From: Microbotryum violaceum
Taxonomy: Eukaryota
Direction: 5' to 3'
Assembly (NCBI GenBank): GCA_001244265.2
Contig: CDLV01000014.1
Coordinates: 1 to 64,000, forward strand
DNA length: 64,000 nucleotides
Notes under the pieces: generated by a model
Seen by the model: only the letters and a program-made list of their open reading frames with translations
Databases searched by the model: none
Told to the model about the DNA's origin: nothing
Part shown: in pieces, positions 1 to 12,167 of the stretch
How the letters are laid out: each line of letters opens with the position of its first letter
How positions within the stretch are numbered: the first letter of the stretch is position 1
Position numbers and translations under genes: made by a program

Positions 1-1620
1 GCGTATCGGTCGCGTTCAAACACGAGTTGAAGCTCGAGTTGACCGGACGAGTTGGAGTGGTGATTTGGGCAAGGTGGGCACATCGAGGCGGACACATGTC
101 AGTTGGGGCTTGATCGTTCATCGAGTATGGCCGAAGCAAGTTGCCTGGGAGATGGACGGGTCCAGCTGATCATCGATCGTCCGAGTGCCGAACGGTCCAA
201 GTCGAGACAACGCTGCTCGATGAAGTGGCTCGAGTGCCGAGCCAGCCGAAAACGGCGCAGAACAGTCAAGCTGATCGCAAGGAAATGACGGACTTCGGGT
301 CGGGAGAAGTCGTATTCGTGATGGCAGGATCGAATCAGAAGCTCGTGGAATCGGGTGTGAGCGATGATGAAGCAAATCGGTGGGAAGCTGACAATGGGTG
401 ACCTGCGAGTTCGATCTTGCGCGCTAGGGATGTCGGGCAATGCTGTGGAAGACAGATGAGCGTTTGCAGTAGTTTCAGTATTGACGGGATTTGCGGAGAG
501 GATGACTGGGCTGGAGAGGAGAGCATACCAGATTGGGGACCTGGTTGATCGAGCTAATGCGCCGGTGGGGATGCAAAGATCACGGGGAAGTGTCGAGCTG
601 GGTGCGGCGACACAAATCAAGACGAGGTGAGGTCAAGGATTCGAGAAGGGGGCGATTGTGGGGTCGGCGCTCATGATGAGTAGGTCAGGTCAGTTGATGA
701 CAGTGAGTCCATGGCGATCGAGCACGAGTGCGGTGGAAGGTTGATGGTCGAGGCGGTCGAGGCGGTCGAGGTGGCCGTCGCGAGGGGCGAGCAGATTGTT
801 ACTTCTCACGTCGTGGTGATGAGATGGGCACGGGCAGGGGAGACCGAGCTTCAAAGGTTTGTCGGTTCGGTCGGTCGAAGTGCGGATGGGCATCGGTCAA
901 ATATTCGCCGAGTCGAGCAACAGATGTTCCGAGAACCCCCAAGCTTGCCGCGTCGATGAGACTCTTCGACTCAATCAAGAAAGAGATGTGACGGCGAGTG
1001 ACTGCATTCGTGTGATTGGCCTGACGTTGACGACGCGGGTGCCCCATGTGGGGGTGGCGGAGGAGATCCTCACAGGTCGACAGTGGTGTTCGGGGTGGAG
1101 CGACGAGGATTGAGTGATGTGTGCATCAATTCGAGACCTCGGGAAAGCTGAGCATCTCTTCGATCGTGCTGATGAGGGATGCGCAGAGTATGGTCGTACA
1201 AGTCACAGAGCGGTTTGGTGCCAAGCTCGGATGCCAGCGAGTCGGCCAATGTCGAACGCGCGATCTGAACTAGTGGTGGGCAGCAAAGTCGAACATGGCA
1301 AATGCGGCAAAAGCTGAGGACTATCTGAATGAAGAGCTCACCACACTCATCCGTCGAGTACCTAGTGGGCGATTGAGGTGAACGAGGCGATGCGGTGACC
1401 GGGCACGTGTCCTACCAAAAACGCTCGAGCGATGCATCGACGCAAGCTAGCACGCTGCTGAAAGTGATCACGCCCTCTCAGGTGGAGGTGTAAGGCTTAT
1501 CGTGCCAAAGACGATGATGGAACGATGTGAAAGCGTGTGAGGTCGAGTTGCGGCGTGGTGCGATCAGTGCCGAGTCGAGTCAGGTGGTGCGAGTGAGAAG
1601 TGAGTGGGGAGAGGGACAGG
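1..1620 (-). mobile_element. Possible highly degenerate non-LTR (LINE) ORF2 relic
   Basis: Broken minus-strand fragments fall in the order expected for RT to C-terminus: LSPTHFSLA near 1600 (cf. PLSPxLF), a FADD-like remnant near 1500, ASLGVL near 940 (cf. GGLGV), then IWYALL and LTVLRRFRL. Motifs are weak and frames are broken. Confidence 0.25.
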
Positions 1621-1660
1621 GGTGTTGGCGCGCGCGAACGTGAAGCCGAGCCTAGCACTG

Positions 1661-1895
1661 ACGTTGGCCCGGTCATCTGCGCGCGAGACGCTGTTCTACC
1701 AGCACGTCTTCCCCCACCTTCCCGACCATCTTCGAAAACATCTGCCGCAATATCACGGCACGTACCGAGGGACCAATGGCAACGGATATGTCATGGTATT
1801 TGAGGATGTGGGAACAATGATGAACGAGCTCAGCGACTTCTACGGATCGCCCCGTTGTGGGAAGTTCCTAAAGAGCGGCGCACTGAATCCAGCCA
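1661..1895 (+). pseudogene. Inverted, diverged partial copy of the kinase exon (plus intron start) of the neighbouring gene
   Basis: Translates RETLFYQHVFPHLPDHLRKHLPQYHGTYRGTNGNGYVMVFEDVG, versus RETLFYQHVLPHLPEHLRKHIPQYHGTYRRTNGNGYAMVLENVG on the minus strand at 2248-2478. Similarity continues into the intron (ggcgcactga-tccagcca). Confidence 0.85.
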
Positions 1896-2037
1896 CAACT
1901 ACGACGCGGACGAGATGAACGAGATGACGAGCGTTGCGCATTGCAGATGAACCTGAGGGAAAGTGCGTACAAAATATAAAACAAGCATAGAAGAGAGAGG
2001 AAGACAGAGACCTCAGAAGGAGAAGGAGAGAAAAGCT

Positions 2038-4717
2038 TCATACTCGGAGTTTGAGATACGATCGTCCCCAATCAACGAAGCAAAGAGGGCCATTGTTGGG
2101 TCGAACCAGTACGTTGCCGGCCCTGACATCATTGTGGATGATGCCGAGTTCCCTGAAAGCCGCCTCGATCTCCCTGCACCTCCCGTGGAAAAAAGAAAAA
2201 GAATCAGAGGGTCAGGAATCCGCGCGGCCTCTTGACCGGCTTGCACATGGCTGGATCAGTGCGCCGCCCTGCAGGAACTTACCACAATTCGCCCGGCGAT
2301 CCGTAGAAGTCGAGCTCGTTCATCGTTTTGCCCACATTCTCAAGCACCATGGCGTATCCGTTGCCATTCGTCCTTCGATATGTGCCGTGATATTGCGGGA
2401 TATGTTTTCGAAGATGCTCGGGGAGGTGGGGCAAGACGTGCTGGTAAAACAGCGTCTCGCGGATGACGGAGCCGACGTATCTACACGTCACGAGCTTGAG
2501 AAAGTACGTCGTATTCGGAGCAGGGTGATCAACAAGGGGTGCCTCGGCTTTGGCCGATGAGCACAAAGGTCGGTTGACTTGCACCACCTTCGCAAGCCAC
2601 CCTCCGGCAGTACTTCCCGACCCGACCTCCTTCTCCAGACGAAGATCCGCAGTGGGCTCGAACCGATCCAAGAGTTCGAGGGGGATTCGATCGTCCTTGA
2701 GCTCTTCCCGGGGTTTTCGGACAGCCATCGCAAAACCACATCGGACAGATGGAGGCCCCGAATAAAATCGCTGGCTGGGGAAGGCTTTGACGGCAGACGG
2801 GACGCAAGGGGCGAGTCGGAAGGAACCGAAGAGACGATATCAAACCCGATCTCGACCAATTCCACGCGGCTTGTGCCCGTGTACGACTGCACAAGAGCAG
2901 GAAGTAAACAATCCTTTCTGTGAGCTGGGCTACAAGGGCTAGGACGGGAGCAGCATGGTAGAGCGCGTGACGCACCATCGTAGACCAGTACGCGCTCGAC
3001 AAGCTGGCCTTGATCACGAACCCACGATCTTGAACTATGGTGATCGATTTCGACGGGAGGCCCGAGCCGGAGAGCGGCGAGGTCGCAGGACTCCAATCCG
3101 TCGATGCAGGAGGGGACGAGAAGATGCGAGTCACAGGCGTCAACGGATCAAATGAGGGATCACTTTGCAACCCTACGGAGATGGGCGGGGTGACCGGTCG
3201 ATTCGAGTCCTTGGTTTGAGCTCGCGGTGGTTGGCCTGCCAGTCGCCCCGAACGACGAGCACCGGTGGCTTCGATCGAAGTCTTCGAGGCTTTTTGGACC
3301 CGCGGGAGGGTTCATAGTTAGGGTCCAAGTCCGGATCGGAGCGACGACGAGGCAGATTCGGAGGTTGAAATTGAGGATTGAGCAGTGTATCAATGACGGC
3401 TTGGTCCGGCTTAGGGACTTCGATAACGGCTGTGAAAGCCAGGGCGATAAACGACACGATGAGTGACCGTCGTGGAAGATCAGCGCCAAGTGTTTCGGCC
3501 GCGTCTGAGTTCATGGTCGTCGGAGAGGGCTCTACCCATCGGGCCAGTTCTTGTAGAACCAGGCTGTACCTGGCCTTGAGGGGCGGTGCCGGTGAGTACG
3601 CGGTCGCAGCCGAGATTAAGGCAGACGCCGCTGAGGTCGACGCTACGGGATCGCTTGCCGTTGCAGCATGCGTCGACTGGTGCTGGACTGTGGGCGGGCG
3701 AATGGCCAAAGCAAGACCGCATGATCGCATGCGTCAGTGGGGCCCGGAAAGTTTCGACAGGTTTCGGTGAGTTCAAATCTACGACGTACCCAGTTCACCA
3801 ATTTGGAAGAACGGAACCGACAGCAGCAAAAAGAATCGACTCTTGCTAGAGACGCATTGGATGATGGCCTTCACGAGCATGAAAAATATGAAATGAGTAA
3901 ACGCAGATATTCGAGGCCGAATCGAGAAAGCGTATGTCCAAGCCTGCAAGAATGCATGCCTCACCTTGGTCGCCACAGCATCTGCACCCTTCGACTCTTC
4001 TTCCTCTAGTTTCTGAAGTGGCACTGGGGCCCCATGGTCGAGTATGGGAATATGCGAGAGGCCCTCCTGGCGTACCTTGGCCAAGCTATGATGTACGTTG
4101 TCCCGCTTGTATTCGATCGAGATACTTGAAACGACGTCGCCAGCCCCACGTTCAATGTAGACGACAGCATCGCCCTGCGTGCGGAGAGCACTTTCAGGTT
4201 GGTCCAACCAAACCGAGTACCTGGGTCTCGTGGCGGAGGTCGATGCGGAAGCGGAAGAAGCTCCGACGGCCTCGGTGATCGCGGCATAATGGTTGAGCAG
4301 CGCCGCCGTTGCAGATTCTAGACCGCCAAATAACAGGCGATGGAACGAAATCTCGACGTTGCGTTCGCTCTTCCGAGGCATCCGGCTGCGAGGAGCATTG
4401 TTGATGGCGTCCAGCTCCTCGCGGAACAGGTCCAGCAATGAGGGGTGTTGCTCGAGTATATCGAAGAAAGAGCCGAGAACCCTGGCGCCAGGTGACGCGG
4501 GTGAGTCCCATTTCAATCCTCCCAGCCGCGCGACGCAATCGTAGGCGGTCGTCCCAGCCTCGGCTTGAACGCGCGTGGCAGTTGAGTGACACACTCCATC
4601 GTGGTGCGGTGGCGGGAGAAACCAGCTGGATGGAGCACAAGTAGCAAGGAGTCGGGTGAGCGTTGGTGGCCGAGAGTTGGAGGAAACAATTGGCGTCGTT
4701 TCGTTGGAAGAAGCCAT
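2038..4717 (-). CDS. Predicted PD-(D/E)xK (REase-like) domain + C-terminal protein-kinase-like domain protein; spliced; two apparent -1 frameshifts in homopolymers
   Basis: ATG at 4717. Motifs GDAVVY...SIEYK and AIIQC..RFFLL are REase-like. Kinase motifs: EVGSGSTA, YFLKL, IPQYHG, MVLENVG, then after intron 2174-2282 GIIHNDVRAGNVLV and FVDWG, with TGA at 2038-2040. GT-AG introns near 3869-3964, 3690-3789 and 2888-2975. Frameshifts near 3291-3295 and 2707-2713. Confidence 0.7.
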
Positions 4718-5344
4718 ACAGAGCGAGATGCTGGAGGTGATCAGGCCCCAAGTGGACGGTGGGAAGTGAAGAGGGCCCCGGCGGGCGCGGCGAGTGCAGG
4801 CGAATGCCGCGCGCCACTAGCCAGATCGGCAGGTCCATTAAGCCGGCCAAATGAACTCGTGCGCTTACGCGCGATATAAGGCAGCTTTTCTGTTATTTGG
4901 CCCGGGGAAAGCTTTGTAAAGAGTTGCCATACCATTGCTGCCCCTCTTGCCCACCCCGGCACGGGGCACCTCTCTAGACGCCCCACAAGCCGTGGAGCAA
5001 AATCTTCTTAGCTAGCTAGTCCGTGAAAGACCTATCCTTACAGACAATACCGCGAGGGCGGCCGACTAGGCTCACTGGCAGCGCCAGCGAATGACCGAAG
5101 GCCTGTTTCGGAGATCGGCGAGCGATCTCGGCCGGCCCTCCTCTCAAAACTCTCAAAATCATGGCAAAGGGTGCTCCGAGTCGTAGCATCCGGTGTGCGA
5201 GGATCGTGCTGGACAGCGCGAGATAGCAGTTGGCGAGCAGTTCAAATTGGCGCAACCTTCACAGATGCATTGCAAATGCACTCCGGAATTACAAATGCGA
5301 CGTGGGATTTCGAGTAGTCCCGGGATGATCCCGGGATGACTTCA

Positions 5345-5810
5345 CTACAATGAGCGCGCATCGACCCCCACATGGGACGCCGGAAGAGCGCCGAGCTTCG
5401 ACGCTCGTCCACAGCCTTCGAGCGAACAAGTTGTGCACCAAGGGATGCATATTGTTATAGACTTAACAAGTAGTGTTTTTCCTATGGAGCGATTTGGTGT
5501 AGGTGACTTGCTCGTGAGAGAGTGGGTCCTGAAGCTCTCCGAGCCTCGCGCCTCCGCCCTGAACCCCCCATCGCGAGAACATCTTGCGCCGCTGCACGGA
5601 TCACGCAAGCGGACGCCACGACCTACAAAGCGTTAAGGGTACTCCTAGCATACCCTATTGAGTACGTAGGATGTACTGCGACCTGTACTCGCGTGCGAGT
5701 TTGACGACGCGGGCGACAATGAGGTCGAACACGTCGGCGGGCACCAACTGAGCAATGAGCAAGTGCAAAGTACCTTAGAGTCGGTATATTCATCGCCGCG
5801 GTGGTTCGAT
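5345..5810 (-). pseudogene. Decayed 5' fragment of an F-box-like paralogue
   Basis: MNIPTLRYF.. / AQLVPADVFDLIVAR across a frameshift matches MATNTTTRRYSLAQSIPADVFNRIVAH at 7631. Nucleotide similarity is visible (gaacacgtcggc; agtacctt). Confidence 0.6.
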
Positions 5811-6237
5811 GTCTCAGGCGCATGTAACACCAAAGATAGTATCTGCTCGAGCGGGATGAAAGCAAGAGAGACTGAGGGGAGGAAGGGCCGAGGGAACAAA
5901 ACTTCTATGGTGCCAGGTTCGTGAACGCTAAACTTTCATTCCGAAGTCGAAGGGTCCAACCAGATCGCACACATGACTTCGCTGTTCCACAGTGGTGTGA
6001 TATTTCTAACGGATAGCCTTCTGGACTAGGTACTCATCTGGCCTCCTAAATGCGAGGTTGACTAATATGGAAGGTATTGCAAGTAATGTTTTTCAGGCTC
6101 GACCCCCGGCACATTCGATTCCACCGTCACGTCTGCTCATAATGAACGTGATTTTTTGGCAAGCAAAGACGTATGAAAACTACCAGCGACGTGGGCAAAC
6201 CGGTCCACAAGGACCGGATCGAGAAAAGAGAAGCATA

Positions 6238-7631
6238 TCAGGTGATCCCAAGGCGGCTCATTGCAGTGCTGATGACGTCCTGGCGCGAGCGGCCGTCGTC
6301 TTGGGGCAGGACACTAAGCTCCAACTCGATATGACGCCGCTCACACAGCCGGCGCAGGGGATCCCATTGCGACTTGAGGAGGGACTGATAGTGTTCCACC
6401 TCGCCAAAAGGGATCACGAATCGAAACACGGACCTGTAATCGGGGTTCTGGAGCAGGTTGTACAAGATCGTATTGACGACCATTACTTGCTCGATCTTCA
6501 ACACCTCGAGCCTCCCGAGCGACGGCAACGCGAGCATCTCGACAGCTTCTTTCGCCGACCTTTCCGAGACGTACTTTTCGCCCGTCTGAACTCGCACTTG
6601 GATCGTAAGCCGTCAGAGTGGGATCGAAGCTGGGATGCTGGCGACGATCGGCTTAAAAGAAGTGTTGCCAAAGGCCAGAACGAGCATGTCCAAGGCTTGG
6701 CAATGCGACACTCCACGGCTCAAGATGCGCGCAAGTTTCTGGGTTTGGTTCGGATTGAGATCCTCGAGGCAGCCCAATGTTAAGCGCCTGAAATGAGTGC
6801 CGTCGGCCGAGAAGAGGCGCTGGAGAGGTGCATCGAGTGCGTCTCGAGCGAGATCTTTTCGATAAACGTGATCCAGACCGATTTGAGCGCCGGAGTGTCG
6901 AAGCGACTGAACATGCGCTTGAGTATCGCGGCGCTGACGGGCTCGACGAATATCCAATCGAGCAGATTCGGCAAGACGAGGCGCGTCGCGGGCAACGAGC
7001 GCGGTCTGCGGCGAAGTGCCGCCCCACCCGACACCTCAAATCCTACAAGATCTGGTAGTCAAGAAAACAAGTCCGATCGGAAGAAACGGCTCAGATCGAA
7101 CCTAGAATCAGTTTGGCTTCAAGGAATGTGGAGCGTTGCGCACTCGCCTTTCAGATTGTCGGCCATTTCCTGATCAAACTCGAGGTAGCACGGACCACCC
7201 CGAAGGGCCCTGAGGCGCACAACGCTGCAAATGACGGCCTTGCATGTGTGGCAGATCGTATCGCGACTCGCGTGGGAGTCGAATTGCGAGTCGCGCACCT
7301 TGATTGCCCACGCCCTGTCTTATTTTGGTTTGTAGTTAGGATCGAGGGGATGCAGTTCGAGGCCGAGGACAGTGACCGGGACGCGGTTCGTAACCGCCGC
7401 ACTCGATTCGAGAAACATCCTGGCCACTGAATGGTCAGGTAGAATCGCGCGGAGTGCTATGAGGTGGTGAGAGTGAACTTCCCATGCTTTACAAACATGT
7501 GAAATAGAGCGAATGGCAGCGCACTTCTCCTCGGGTGTGAGCTTGTCGAGGTGGGCAACGATGCGGTTGAACACGTCGGCAGGTATCGACTGGGCGAGTG
7601 AGTACCTTCGGGTCGTCGTATTCGTCGCCAT
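6238..7631 (-). pseudogene. F-box-like protein pseudogene (F-box-like N-terminus, leucine-rich body)
   Basis: IPADVFNRIVAHLD...ISHVCKAW resembles an F-box. The C-terminus is LRRLCERRHIEL. In-frame stops at 7320-7322 (TAA), 7119-7121, 7059-7061 and 6613-6615 (TGA), plus one frameshift near 6850. Confidence 0.7.
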
Positions 7632-8376
7632 GGTGATTAGACTGGCAGAAGAGATCACAAGGAAAAGGTCTCCTGCAGGATAGCGATAAAAGGGAGAGCA
7701 AGTGAAATGAGAGAGGGGAAGAAGGACGTGTCGAGTTTGCGACAGCCGCCCTCGACGAGATTTGTCCCCCCCCCCTCGCGCATTGACCGCGACCTCCTGT
7801 GTCTTCGAAAGCGATCGGTTTGGAGCTTGCTCGTTCCTAAAGTGGCTTCGAGCTCCCTTGAAGGTGATCGCGGATCATTAATTTTAGTGATCAGCTGCTA
7901 TGTTGGGTATTACGTCTTGAAATACCAAAGATAAAAATTCCAAGGCATCCTGGGTATCACAATGTCGAGGCATATTCTTCATCTGGACCAAAGCGGACCT
8001 CGACCTGACCCAGCGACCAATGAACGATAACAATAGCCAAAGCGAAGTGAGTACACACCTTCGACATAAATAGAACACTTTTTAGGACATTTGCAGCCTC
8101 TACAGCTCAAAACCTATCGCTTTGCTGAGTGTTCCTTCAAGTTAACGACCTGAAAACACAGCCCCGCTTCATTTAATTCGAGCGCAGGGAGAAAGTGTCG
8201 TACCATGTGACAATGAGAGCAGGAACCTCGAGCTTCGAGGATCAGTTGCGATATGTTATTGATGATCGAATCGACTGTGGCGTTAAAGTCCGTACCACCA
8301 GAAACACAGTCGACCTTGATCGACAATCTAATATCGCGCACGGAGCAAATGCGCCTCACAGCAAACCCCCTGAAAT

Positions 8377-8466
8377 GGGATGATCCGGGATCGGGCCCGA
8401 TTATAAATCCCGCATCCAATTTGCGAATTGAAATGCAGTTGAAATCGGGCAGCGATTCCGAATGTG
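8377..8466. repeat. Short dispersed repeat (~90 bp); second copy ~10270-10372; weaker inverted copy ~5265-5340
   Basis: Shared gatgatcc(c)gggatcgggccc(c)gatt..aatcc...tgaaat...gggcagcgattccgaatgtg. Confidence 0.65.
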
Positions 8467-8472
8467 CGTTAT

Positions 8473-8683
8473 ACTTGAAAAAACTGACAGGCGACGTCGG
8501 CAGGGATGACGTCGTCTACACGCGAGAGGCGGGGGCGTCGAGGAGTGTCGGCTGCGGCGGCTGCAGTCGACGAGGGAGCGACCGAGGGTGTCGATCGAGA
8601 AGCTCGCAGGAAATTCGACGCCCCCGCCTCTCGCGTGTAGACGACGTCATCCCCGCCGACTTCGCCTGTCACTTTTTTCAAGT
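8473..8683. repeat. Inverted repeat, 69-bp arms (8473-8541 / 8615-8683), 73-bp spacer
   Basis: The reverse complement of the right arm matches the left arm with 3 substitutions. Confidence 0.95.
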
Positions 8684-9209
8684 CCGGCATTGCCGACAAC
8701 GCTCCGTACATCTACAACCGCTTCGTACCCGGCCTGGACGAGCATTCGCCCCCATCCTTTGATCCCGAGTCGTCAGCCTCCTCTCCGTTGTCGAACTCGT
8801 CCCCTACAAACGCGTCACTGTCTCTCACGACTTCCCTCAGAGTCCGACAACGAACGCGTTGCTCCTTCTTACCCTTTCTTCCTTTCTTTCAACCATCTCG
8901 CCCCCTCCCCCGCCACCGTTCACCCCCGAATCGTCGACTGTTGAGTCGAGAGCTCGCCATGGCCGAAGAACGCGACACGTCCTGCGCCCTTGCCGAAGAC
9001 AGCGTCACCCCTCTCCGCGACGACGAGGCCGAACGCACGAAACCGCCTCGCCGCCGCCCTGACGTCGCTCGAAGCTCGCCTCGAAGAAACCAAGGCACGA
9101 CGTTTCGACTCCGATAATCGAGTTCGCTGTCTGGAGAAGTTGGTGGACGACTTATTTGTCGCAGAAATGTTCTTAAGTGGAAACTGATGATGACCACGAC
9201 TCAGTCCAA

Positions 9210-9354
9210 TGAACAGGGACGAGAACAGAGTGGCCAGAGACTAAGAGACAGACTCGCGGAAGGCTAGAAAGTGAAGCGTAAAGCTAATAAGGAAAGAGGA
9301 TAGAGACTAGTAAAGTACTAGTAGGGAGATTGAGTGACTAAAGAGTGAATGACA
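9210..9354. mobile_element. Possible solo-LTR-like fragment
   Basis: TG...CA ends (TGAACA...TGACA) and a purine-rich plus strand. It shares ggaaggctag and the TGACA end with the 20564-20729 insert. No TSD found. Confidence 0.3.
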
Positions 9355-11530
9355 CGCCGCTAGGCTCAATCCCAAGTACCATAATAGGAACGATAATCAG
9401 ATGAAGGACGGAACAACCCATATGACCATATATAAATGACATTAATGAAAAACCTCGCTGAACCAGCTGCGGCGCGGACTGGGTCAACTGAACCAGCCGT
9501 GGCGAGGGTCAGGGAGTTTTCGCCGGTGAGATCGGTCCCCCTGGACGTCCCCCCGCACACATTTTTGGGACGCTCCAGCAATACCGCTGACCCCCTTGCT
9601 CGTACCCCTGGGGGAAAATCTCCAGCGGAATCAGGGACGGCCCTTCCTCGGCGGTGATCAGCTCTCATTGGAGAGGGACATTGCCCGACCGGGAAGGGTT
9701 ATGGACCGGGGCTCACCCGGAAAAATTGGTCAGTTTCACTGCGTTTAGGGAGTCGTATCTTTCTCTCTTGTGCGATATCTCCACCTCCGACCTTTTCGAC
9801 ACGAGCCGTGTGATCCAGCTTGTGGCGACGTTATTCTCACGTACGACGACCCGACAGCGCCGCCAATCCCCCATGATTGGGCCGTTGACGCGATGAGGGA
9901 TGCGATCCGGGACGGGAACCCTCTTTGCTGGATGTCGCTTATGACTGCAGTGCGACGTCGTTGGCCGGATTGTAAGGACCTGAACGCCTCCGACCCTGAC
10001 ACGAGCGACCGCGGGCGCTCTCCTTTGCTCTCGAACAACGCTCTTCTTCCAGGGGTTCACCAGGGGTTCAACACCTCTCACCATTGGTCTGGATCAGCCC
10101 TGTCGTGTATCAAGTCCGTGTCTCGGGTTTGGGATTCACTGGGATCAAAGACTGGCAGAGGAGAGGTGGTTGGGTCGGAGGAATTGGTCGCTTAGTGGAG
10201 TTTATTCAGCATGGACCCTTGTTTAGTTTGACTGGCTCTCTTGCATAGCAAAAACAAAACCTGAAATAAGATGATCCCGGGATCGGGCCCCGATTTAATC
10301 CTGGATCGCATTTGAAAGGCATTTGAAATCGCTGCCGATTTCAAATGCATCGGGGCAGCGATTCCGAATGTGTTTCAACTCGCTGTGGATCGCGCGCCGC
10401 GATTTGAAACGCATTTGAAATCGGCGCCCGGGGGCTTGCGCCGTGACTCGATCGAGCAGGGTTGGATCCTGAATGGCGGCCTCAAGATCCCCTTCTGTGG
10501 GCATGCGGCAGAAAGTGACATTGTCCATGTCCCACGACGGTTCATCAGTGGAGTCGTTTGATGGAGCGAGCGGCGACCGTGCGCGGATCGGTCGGGTTGG
10601 CATGTGGGATAACACGGAGCTCGAGAATGTCTTGGGAGCGTAGCCATAGAGGTCGTCATTCACGTCACGAAGGGCACTGCATGAGTTGACATCTCTAGGG
10701 GGCAAGTTGTACAATGGGGCGGCTGTTCTGGGCGGGGTCGGTGATCGCCCGAACGCAGACAGTGGCGTGCGATCTGGAAATTCGGGAGGCGTGACGACCC
10801 AGACGTGGAGAAGCAAGGGGTCATCTCGCGTCAATTGAGGAGTCGTGAGTGCAACTGGCGTTGAACGGCTCGAAACGAGGCGTTACACTATCGGGAGGGC
10901 GGAAGTCAAGGTCGTTATTGGCGAGTCCGATCATAGCATGACATGCAGGACAAGCGAAGCGCGCAGGGACTTTCCCAGTTGGGTCCGATAGTCACTCGAT
11001 ATCCCGGCGCCCTGAACCGCGTACGATGAAGCACCCTAGCTAGTATCCAGCTCTGATCGGTCCTTTAAGGCTCTGGCCATCAAGTCCGTAAGTAGACAAG
11101 TGCAATCTGGAGATTTGGCGTCCACCTGCCCATCCATAGCTGAGGAACCGACGTTCGCATTTTCATTGTCGATCACGCTTCGGGTGAAAACCATGCGCCA
11201 TGAGCTTAAATAAATGCCTGACTGACTGTTCCTCCCCGCCTGAAGTCAGTAGAAAAATCAAGAAGCAAATGTGCAGATTGAAATTGCAGAATCCACAATT
11301 AGCGGCAGTGGGCAGACGGGTTAAGCTTGTAGAAATAGTCGGAGAAAATTTGTCGAAATCACATTCAAGTTGAAGCTGAATGAGGTCGACTCGAGCACCT
11401 CGGACGTTGATGATTGAAGGGCGATGGACTCGTCTTGCGCTGTGGGTAGGTTTCGGATCGAGCAGTTGTTCGTAGGGGATGTGCCTGCCGGTGCCTGCTA
11501 GAGCGTGTCTGAGGGCGACTAATTCGACGG

Positions 11531-11632
11531 ACGCGAAGTAGCGCGAAGCGGCAGGAAGCAGCGCGAAGAGGCAGGAAGAGGCAATGAAAAGGCGCAGAGA
11601 GGCGCGCGAAGTAACTGCGAAGAGCGCGAAGT
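11531..11632. repeat. Degenerate ~10-bp tandem repeat (gcgcgaagag-like)
   Basis: acgcgaagta gcgcgaagcg gcaggaagca gcgcgaagag gcaggaagag ... gcgcgaagt. Confidence 0.6.
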
Positions 11633-12167
11633 TCGTCCCAACACGGCGCCGAAGCGCACGCTCAGGCTCTTGCCCCCGCCTCGTCTACAACCTCGTCGTC
11701 GTCCCTAGTCGCAACGAACTCGGTCAATATATCGAGCTAGAGCGCTTGTGTCTTGACGCAGCATCTACATCGACGCCCCCCAGCTGCCTTCGTACGACCA
11801 GGCTTGCGGCCGGGAGGGACGCGCTCTGAGCCACTCGACCCTGGTACGAGCGCCCCGAGAGGCGGCCTCGGGAGAGCGAGCATCAGCCAGAGCCGAGGGG
11901 ATCTCCAAGGCGGTCCAGATGCAGCTCAACTTACAGTCCGGCCCTCAATACGTATTTCTTCAGCCCGCCGACCCCTGAGCAGCTTGCAACAAGCTCGGGC
12001 CCAAGGGGCACAACATTGGCACCGAGAAAGCGCTGGACGAGGTCATAAAAGGTGTTGTCAACATGGTGAGTCGACTGGGCTATTCGATCGCTTGGCAGCG
12101 TGAGCGTGTTAGTTTATTCCTTCGAGAGCTGAATCGCCTTTCAAAAGTCGTTTTTCACTGCTGGTAT

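Noticed and set aside
6058-6783. 241-aa plus-strand ORF
   Set aside because: Antisense shadow of the F-box-like pseudogene, with no recognisable motifs.
8489-8505. 11-nt match (cctgccgacgt) between the hairpin arm and the F-box gene, as a small-RNA target
   Set aside because: Too short to exceed chance.
9366-11200. ORFs of 100-179 aa as genes or a transposase
   Set aside because: No motif I can recognise; they may be relics but cannot be assigned.
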